Source: Gaiellaceae bacterium (GTDB lineage: Bacteria; Actinomycetota; Thermoleophilia; Gaiellales; Gaiellaceae). Taken from it: a stretch of DNA of 64,000 nt. Location: assembly GCA_035624425.1 (NCBI GenBank), contig DASPRN010000087.1, positions 184 through 64,183 of the forward strand. The letters run 5' to 3'. The notes under the pieces were generated by a model, which saw nothing but the letters and a program-made list of their open reading frames with translations, was not told where the DNA came from and made no database searches. Position numbers and translations under genes: made by a program. The first letter of the stretch is position 1; the number at the start of each line of letters is the position of its first letter. This document shows, piece after piece, positions 57,374 through 64,000 of this stretch.

Positions 57374-58070
57374 CGACTGTTCCGAGGTAGGCCTCGATCA
57401 CCGCGGGGTCGTTCTGCACCTCGGCCGGGGTCCCGCTCGCGATCCGGCGGCCGAAGTCGAGCACGTGCACGCGGTCGGCGATTCCCATCACCAGGCGCAT
57501 GTGGTGCTCGACCAGGAGGAGCGTCAGCTCGAAGTCCTCGCGCAGGCGGCGGATCAGCATGCCCAGCCGCTCGACCTCCTCGTGGTTCAGCCCACCGGCC
57601 GGCTCGTCCAGCAGCAGGAGGCGCGGGCCCGAGGCCAGCGCGCGGGCGAGCTCGACGCGCTTCTGCACGCCGTACGGAAGCTCACGCGCCTGCCGGTGGG
57701 CGAGGGCGGCAAGGCCGACATAGCCGAGGATCTCGCGCGCGCGGCGGCCCCGGCGGGCATGCCTGCCGATCAGCACGTGCTCGAGCACCGTCATCGAGCC
57801 GAACAGCTCGACGTTCTGGAAGGTGCGTGCGATTCCGCGGCGGACGATCCCGTGGGCCGGCGTGCGCAGGAGGCTGTGCCCGTCGAAGGCGATCTCGCCG
57901 CTGTCGGGCCGGTAGAGGCGGGTGATCAGGTTGAAGACGGTCGTCTTGCCGGCGCCGTTCGGGCCGATCAGGCCGACGATCTCGCCCTCGTTCACGTCGA
58001 GCGAGACACCGTCGACCGCGACGATCCCCTCAAACCGCCGCGTCAGCTCCTCGACCGCAAGCAGGGCCAC
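57366..58070 (-). CDS. ABC ATP-binding protein (LivG-type)
   Basis: GPNGAGKTTVFN, LPYGVQKRVELARAL. I prefer GTG 58070 (VALLAVEEL); the track start at 58109 is possible. Confidence 0.85.
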   Translation of the reverse strand: MALLAVEELTRRFEGIVAVDGVSLDVNEGEIVGLIGPNGAGKTTVFNLITRLYRPDSGEIAFDGHSLLRTPAHGIVRRGIARTFQNVELFGSMTVLEHVLIGRHARRGRRAREILGYVGLAALAHRQARELPYGVQKRVELARALASGPRLLLLDEPAGGLNHEEVERLGMLIRRLREDFELTLLLVEHHMRLVMGIADRVHVLDFGRRIASGTPAEVQNDPAVIEAYLGTVDA

Positions 58071-58098
58071 GGCGGGGGACCTTAAGCTTCGGGATGGC

Positions 58099-58509
58099 GT
58101 GAAGCGCACCGGTCGACGCGGATAGGTCGCCTTCGGGCTCGCTGCCTCCGCCGTCGGCTGGGCCCTGACGCTCGTCGCGGCGGCCTTCCTGGCGCCGGCG
58201 TATCAGGGCGAGGACTGCGGCCCCAGCCGCGTCTGAACGTCGTCGAGCTCGACCCTGTTCGCCGTCAACGGCTGGTGGGTTGTCGAGTTACTTGCCGGCG
58301 TCGTGCTCGTGGCGATGCTGGCCTTCTGGGGGCTGCACAGGCGCTGCGCGTCGGGAAGCCGGCGGGCGGCACAGCTTGCGACCTCCTGCACCGCAGTGCT
58401 AGCAGCGTTCACGGTCGTCACCGGCTTCTCGATCGGACTGCTCGTCCTCCCGGTGGCGGTGCTCCTGGTGGCTTCCGCGGCGCTGGTCCAGACCGCCGGA
58501 CCGACCTAG
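58099..58509 (+). pseudogene. Small 3-TM membrane protein frame interrupted by in-frame TAG (58123) and TGA (58234); the last segment may be an intact CDS
   Basis: One frame with GC-rich third positions reads MKRTGRRG*VAFGLAASAVGWALTLVAAAFLAP..PSRV*TSSSSTLFAVNGWWVVELLAGVVLVAMLAFWGL..LLVASAALV. The only canonical start for the tail is GTG 58303, in the middle of a helix. Confidence 0.35.
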
Positions 58510-58519
58510 TAACACAGTG

Positions 58520-58524
<5 letters not shown>
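58506..58524. repeat. Second copy TAGTAACAC-A-GTGTTACTT (8-bp perfect arms)
   Basis: Read directly. Contains the stop codons of both convergent genes. Confidence 0.9.
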
Positions 58525-60421
<1,897 letters not shown>

Positions 60422-60426
60422 AGCAC

Positions 60427-60432
60427 TAGGCT
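60427..60432 (+). promoter_or_regulatory. -10-like TAGGCT, 6 nt upstream of the GNAT GTG (leaderless)
   Basis: TAGGCT-AGCTTC-GTG. Confidence 0.5.
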
Positions 60433-60433
60433 A
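60428..60433 (-). promoter_or_regulatory. -10-like TAGCCT, 6 nt upstream of the thioredoxin-domain gene GTG (leaderless)
   Basis: TAGCCT-AGTGCT-GTG. Shares 5 bp with the opposite-strand box. Confidence 0.5.
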
Positions 60434-60438
60434 GCTTC

Positions 60439-60975
60439 GTGATCGAGCTCGAGACCGAGCGCCTGTGGCTGCGCCCTCCTCTCCCCGAGGACGCCGAGGC
60501 GCTCGCGCCGATGTACGCCGATCCTGAGGTGATGCGATACCTCGGCGACGGGCGCACACTGACGCCGAGGCAGACGGCGGGCTCGGTCCAACGCATGATC
60601 GGAGCCTGGGAAGCCGACGGCTTCGGGCTCTTCACCACCGTGCGCAAGGACGACGAGGCGGTGATCGGGCGCGTGGGCCTGATCGTCTGGAACACGAAGA
60701 CCTGGCGGACGACTCGCGCCAACGCCGACGGCCCGAAGGAGCTCGAGGTCGGCTACACGATCGGCAGGCCGTTCTGGGGTCTCGGCTACGCGACCGAGGC
60801 GGCGGGCGCTGCACGTGACTATGCCCTCGGCAAGCTCGAGGCGAAGCGGCTGATCGCGCTCATCATCCACGGCAACGACGCGTCGGCCAACGTGGCGCGC
60901 AAGCTCGGCTTCGAGCACGAGCGGGACATCATGTTCGGCCGTCGCGACGCGGGCCTGTTCGCGCTCGAGGCGTGA
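60439..60975 (+). CDS. GNAT-family acetyltransferase (RimJ/RimL-like)
   Basis: ETERLWLRP..WGLGYATEAAGAARDYAL..NDASANVARKLGF. GTG start. Confidence 0.8.
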   Translation: MIELETERLWLRPPLPEDAEALAPMYADPEVMRYLGDGRTLTPRQTAGSVQRMIGAWEADGFGLFTTVRKDDEAVIGRVGLIVWNTKTWRTTRANADGPKELEVGYTIGRPFWGLGYATEAAGAARDYALGKLEAKRLIALIIHGNDASANVARKLGFEHERDIMFGRRDAGLFALEA

Positions 60976-60985
60976 GCGCCTTCGC

Positions 60986-61843
60986 TCAGCCCGCCGGCCA
61001 GGTGCCGGCGCGGTAGAGCTGGCCCTCGAGCCTTCGCCCGAGCACGCCTTCCAGCCACGTCGAGGCCGCGATCAGCGCGTCGAGGTCGACGCCCGTCTCG
61101 ATCCCCTCGCCCTCGAGCAGGTAGGCGAGGTCCTCGGTCGCGATGTTGCCGGTCGCCCGCGGCGCGTACGGGCAGCCGCCGAGCCCGCCGAGCGAGGCGT
61201 CGAGCACCGACGCTCCGGCCTCGAGCGCCGCGAGCGCGTTCGCGTAGCCGGTGTTGCGCGTGTTGTGCCCGTGGAAGCCGGCCGCGCCCGTGCGGGCGAC
61301 CAGTGCGCGCACCGCGTGCGGCACCGCGACGCCGATCGTGTCGGCGAGGACGACTTCGACCCCGTCGAAGCGCGCGGCCAGCTCCGCGACGCGGCCCGGG
61401 TCGACGCGGCCCTCGAAGGGGCAGCCGAACGCGACGCTGATCGTCACCGTCGCCGGCGCCGAGGCCGCGGCCAAGATCCGCTCGACGCGCTCGACCGCCT
61501 CGCCCAGCGACGCGTTCCCGTTGCGCTGGTTGAACTCCTCGGTCGCGCCGAGCGTCGCGTTGACCCGGTCGAGCCCGGCGGCGGCGAACCGCTCGTACCC
61601 CTGCTCGTTGAGGACAAGGCCCGAGTACTGCGTGCCGTCGCGCCTGACGATCCCCGCGATGACCTCCTCGGCCCGAGCCATCTGCGGCACGAGGTCGTCG
61701 CGCACGAAGCTGACCGCCTCGACCCGGGGCAGGCCGGCGGCCGCGAGCCGGTTGACGAGATCGGCCCGCACGGCCGGCTCCAGCACCTCGCTCTCGTTCT
61801 GCAGCCCGTCGCGCGGGCCCACGTCGCAGAGGGTCAGGGCCAT
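60986..61843 (-). CDS. Hydroxymethylglutaryl-CoA lyase-like (DRE-TIM) enzyme
   Basis: VGPRDGLQNE, FHGHNTRNTGYANALAA, GGLGGCPYA. Confidence 0.88.
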   Translation of the reverse strand: MALTLCDVGPRDGLQNESEVLEPAVRADLVNRLAAAGLPRVEAVSFVRDDLVPQMARAEEVIAGIVRRDGTQYSGLVLNEQGYERFAAAGLDRVNATLGATEEFNQRNGNASLGEAVERVERILAAASAPATVTISVAFGCPFEGRVDPGRVAELAARFDGVEVVLADTIGVAVPHAVRALVARTGAAGFHGHNTRNTGYANALAALEAGASVLDASLGGLGGCPYAPRATGNIATEDLAYLLEGEGIETGVDLDALIAASTWLEGVLGRRLEGQLYRAGTWPAG

Positions 61844-62247
61844 CAGCGGCCCAGGCCGTGCGAATCGATGCGCTCGGCGTGGATGCGCGCGCTGATGCGC
61901 TGCTCGCCCTGCGCGTGCGAGAAGGTGCCCTCGCCGAGGTACTTCCGGTGCAGCCGGTCGATCTCCTCCTTCGCGCCCTCGGTCGTGAGCTTCACCGTGC
62001 CGCTCACGGCCAGCCAGCGATGCACGTCTCCCGGGTCGAGCACGAGCATCGACACGCGCGGGTCCCGGCGCAGGTAGCGCTCCTTCGCACGGCCGACGGC
62101 GGTGTTGAACAGGACGCCCTCGTCGTCCACGTCGACCCAGACCACGGTCGAGTGTGGGGAACCGTCGGGGCGGAGCGTCGTGACCGTGCCCACGTTCGGC
62201 TCGGCCAGGAACTCGCGCTCGGCAGGGGTCAGCGTCGCGTCTCCCAT
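61843..62247 (-). CDS. PPOX-class (pyridoxamine 5'-phosphate oxidase-like, probably F420-dependent) protein
   Basis: Start ATG 62247. REFLAEPNVGTVTTLRPDGSPHSTVVWV is typical of the split-barrel family. ATGA overlap with the HMG-CoA lyase gene. Confidence 0.7.
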   Translation of the reverse strand: MGDATLTPAEREFLAEPNVGTVTTLRPDGSPHSTVVWVDVDDEGVLFNTAVGRAKERYLRRDPRVSMLVLDPGDVHRWLAVSGTVKLTTEGAKEEIDRLHRKYLGEGTFSHAQGEQRISARIHAERIDSHGLGR

Positions 62248-62377
62248 TGGCCTCGATAGGCTAGTGGCTCGCTGGGAGCTCGCGTCCTCGTCGGTGACGA
62301 GATCCGCCTGGTAGCCACGGGGTGCATGGGAAGAGCTCAGGACCTGGACACCCCCGTCAGGACGAAGACGAGGACCT

Positions 62378-63400
62378 TTAGCCGCCGAGCCAAGCGAGTT
62401 GCCCTGCGGGCACCTTCCAGCGCACGGTTGCAACGCCACCGACGACGCGGTGAAAGACGACTGCGTTGGCCTCTACGACCGCGACCCACTTGCCGTCCGG
62501 CGACCAGTCCGCGTAGACGCCTTCGAACGTTCGAGGGGCCTGACCGTGGAAGCAACCGAGGTCGACCAGCCGGACCACGGAGGCGCCTACGGTGAGCGCC
62601 GCGCAGTTGTCGGGCGCGAGGTCGGCTGTGATCGTCTCGGGGTGTGCGGGCGTGCTCGGCGCCACCGGCGCCGAACCGACGAGGCGCCTGCCCTTGTAGC
62701 GATCGACCCGCCGCCCGCCCACGTCCACCACCAGCGAGCCGTCGACGCCCCAGGCGAAGCTCCGGACAGCTCCGCGGGCCGTCAGCAGACGGCGCCCACC
62801 GACCAGAATCTGGCGACGGCCATTCACCGACGCCGTCACGCCGCGGAGGTCGTACGCCAGCGGGCAGTAGTGAAGACGCTTCGGCCCTTGACCGAGCCGG
62901 AGTTCGAACCCGGACTCGAAGGTGTCGCACCAGGCGAGCTTCGAGCCGTCCGAGCTCCACGCGAATGGAGAAACCGCGTCGTACTCGCCGAAGCGGGCCC
63001 GCGGGCGCGCGAGGTCGCGGACGCTGAAGCGCCTCTTCACACCACCCGAGCCGCCGACGCCGTACGCGACGTACGTCCCCACGCGGGGGGCCGAGACCTC
63101 ACAAGTCGTCGCCAGCCGCGGGAGCGCGACCGCTCGACCGGAGCGGAGGTCGAACGCGCGAAGCCGGCAAGCGCCGGGGGCGGTGAAGGCGATGAGACCC
63201 GGCGCGGCCAAACCCGGCAAGCTCGGCGCCCGCTGATCAGTCGTCGCCGCCGTAGGTGCCCGACCATGTCGCGCACCGTCGGCCGTCAGCCGGTGCCGGA
63301 CCGCGTCCCCGAGCGCGGCCACAGCGACCGCGATCACGGCGATCACGAGGGCGAGGTCGCGCGCCCTGCGGGAACGAACGAGCTTGACGATGGCCAGCAA
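62378..63400 (-). CDS. Hypothetical membrane-anchored protein, beta-propeller-like repeats
   Basis: N-terminal anchor LALVIAVIAVAVAAL, then repeats such as WSSDGSKLAW and WSPDGKWVAV (TolB/WD40-like). TTG start. Confidence 0.5.
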   Translation of the reverse strand: MLAIVKLVRSRRARDLALVIAVIAVAVAALGDAVRHRLTADGARHGRAPTAATTDQRAPSLPGLAAPGLIAFTAPGACRLRAFDLRSGRAVALPRLATTCEVSAPRVGTYVAYGVGGSGGVKRRFSVRDLARPRARFGEYDAVSPFAWSSDGSKLAWCDTFESGFELRLGQGPKRLHYCPLAYDLRGVTASVNGRRQILVGGRRLLTARGAVRSFAWGVDGSLVVDVGGRRVDRYKGRRLVGSAPVAPSTPAHPETITADLAPDNCAALTVGASVVRLVDLGCFHGQAPRTFEGVYADWSPDGKWVAVVEANAVVFHRVVGGVATVRWKVPAGQLAWLGG

Positions 63401-63443
63401 TCATTGCGCACCCACGCGACGAAGAGACAACCGCCGCCGGCGG

Positions 63444-64000
63444 CTAGCCGATCGCGACCATCCGCTCGATGGCGCCGCGCGCGCGCTCGGCGATCTCCGG
63501 CTCGACCACGACCTCGTGCTTCCGGTCGCGGAGCGAGTCGCGCAGCTTCTCGAGCGTGATCATCTTCATGTACTTGCAGATCGCCCGTTCGGAGACGGCC
63601 TCGAAGCGCTTGCCCGGCGCCTCCTTGTTCAGCCGGTGGAGAATGCCCGTTTCGGTCGCGACGAGGAATCGGCTCTTCGACGAGCCCTTCGCGAAGTTGA
63701 CCATTCCCTCCGTCGAGAGGATGTGCGTCCGCCCGTTCGCGAACGCCATGCACTGGCTCGCGCAGCCGCACTCGGGATGGACGAGCAGCTCCGCGTCGGG
63801 TGCGTCGCGCTGCCAGCGCTCGATGTCCTCGGGGCGGATGCCGGCGTGGACGTGGCACTCGCCGAGCCAGATCGTGAGCTTGCGCCCGGTGACCCGCTCG
63901 AGCCAGATCCCGAGGAACATGTCGGGAAGGAACAGGATCTCGCGGTCGGCCGGGATCGCCTCGACGACGGCCTTCGCGTTGCCGGACGTGCAGCAGTAGT
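63444..64000 (-). CDS. nadA: Quinolinate synthase, C-terminal part; N-terminus outside the window
   Basis: LVHPECGC, FLVATETGILHRL, AICKYMKMITLEKL. The frame stays open to the window edge (..YCCTSGNAKAVVEAIPADREILFLPD). Confidence 0.9.
   Translation of the reverse strand, partial: YCCTSGNAKAVVEAIPADREILFLPDMFLGIWLERVTGRKLTIWLGECHVHAGIRPEDIERWQRDAPDAELLVHPECGCASQCMAFANGRTHILSTEGMVNFAKGSSKSRFLVATETGILHRLNKEAPGKRFEAVSERAICKYMKMITLEKLRDSLRDRKHEVVVEPEIAERARGAIERMVAIG

Noticed and set aside
58123-58236. In-frame TAG or TGA as pyrrolysine/selenocysteine or programmed read-through in the small membrane ORF.
   Set aside because: No SECIS-like hairpin follows the TGA, the contexts are not redox-motif-like, and no recoding machinery is seen in the window. 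A pseudogene or an alternative start is simpler.

Overview
High-GC (roughly 70% G+C by eye) bacterial chromosomal segment. Gene content and order fit Actinomycetota; a deep-branching Thermoleophilia/Rubrobacteria-like lineage is my guess only. About 65 tightly packed genes, roughly 85% on the minus strand, almost all housekeeping: uvrB, coaE, rpsA, polA, three amino-acid ABC importer operons, tRNA-Leu(CAA), pfkA, a deoC-aldehyde dehydrogenase cluster, the conserved block lepA-hemW-hrcA-dnaJ-prmA-mtaB-HIT-yqeY-phoH-ybeY-dgkA-cdd-era, murJ, rpsT, holA-comEC-comEA, leuS, lysA and nadA. I saw no rRNA, CRISPR array, transposase, integrase, prophage or recognisable defence genes, and I cannot name a complete new multi-gene system. 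The unexplained signal is mostly non-coding. (1) A perfect AT-rich 19-bp palindrome occurs twice, once written into the polA reading frame with rare codons. (2) A 43-nt element occurs twice with one mismatch in two intergenic gaps. (3) GTGMC pentamers phased at 11 bp lie upstream of comEA (a 60-bp dyad of six sites), rpsT and phoH, sharing a 14-mer. (4) The leuS leader has a leaderless Leu-codon mini-ORF followed by a terminator. (5) TANNNT boxes sit 6-9 nt upstream of many start codons, which suggests leaderless mRNAs, including two back-to-back promoters in a 17-bp gap. (6) A family of GGCRTCGC-TT-GCGAYGCC hairpins recurs. On the coding side: a GT-C glycosyltransferase whose conserved N-terminus has no canonical start, coupled to a lipoprotein and a Tat-signal Dyp peroxidase; a half-length aldehyde dehydrogenase; a catalytically degenerate TrpC-like protein; a DgkA-PAP2 fusion; and a small membrane ORF broken by two in-frame stops. 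Most long plus-strand ORFs in the track are antisense artefacts of the high GC content. All function calls rest on motifs I read in the translations; no database search was run.
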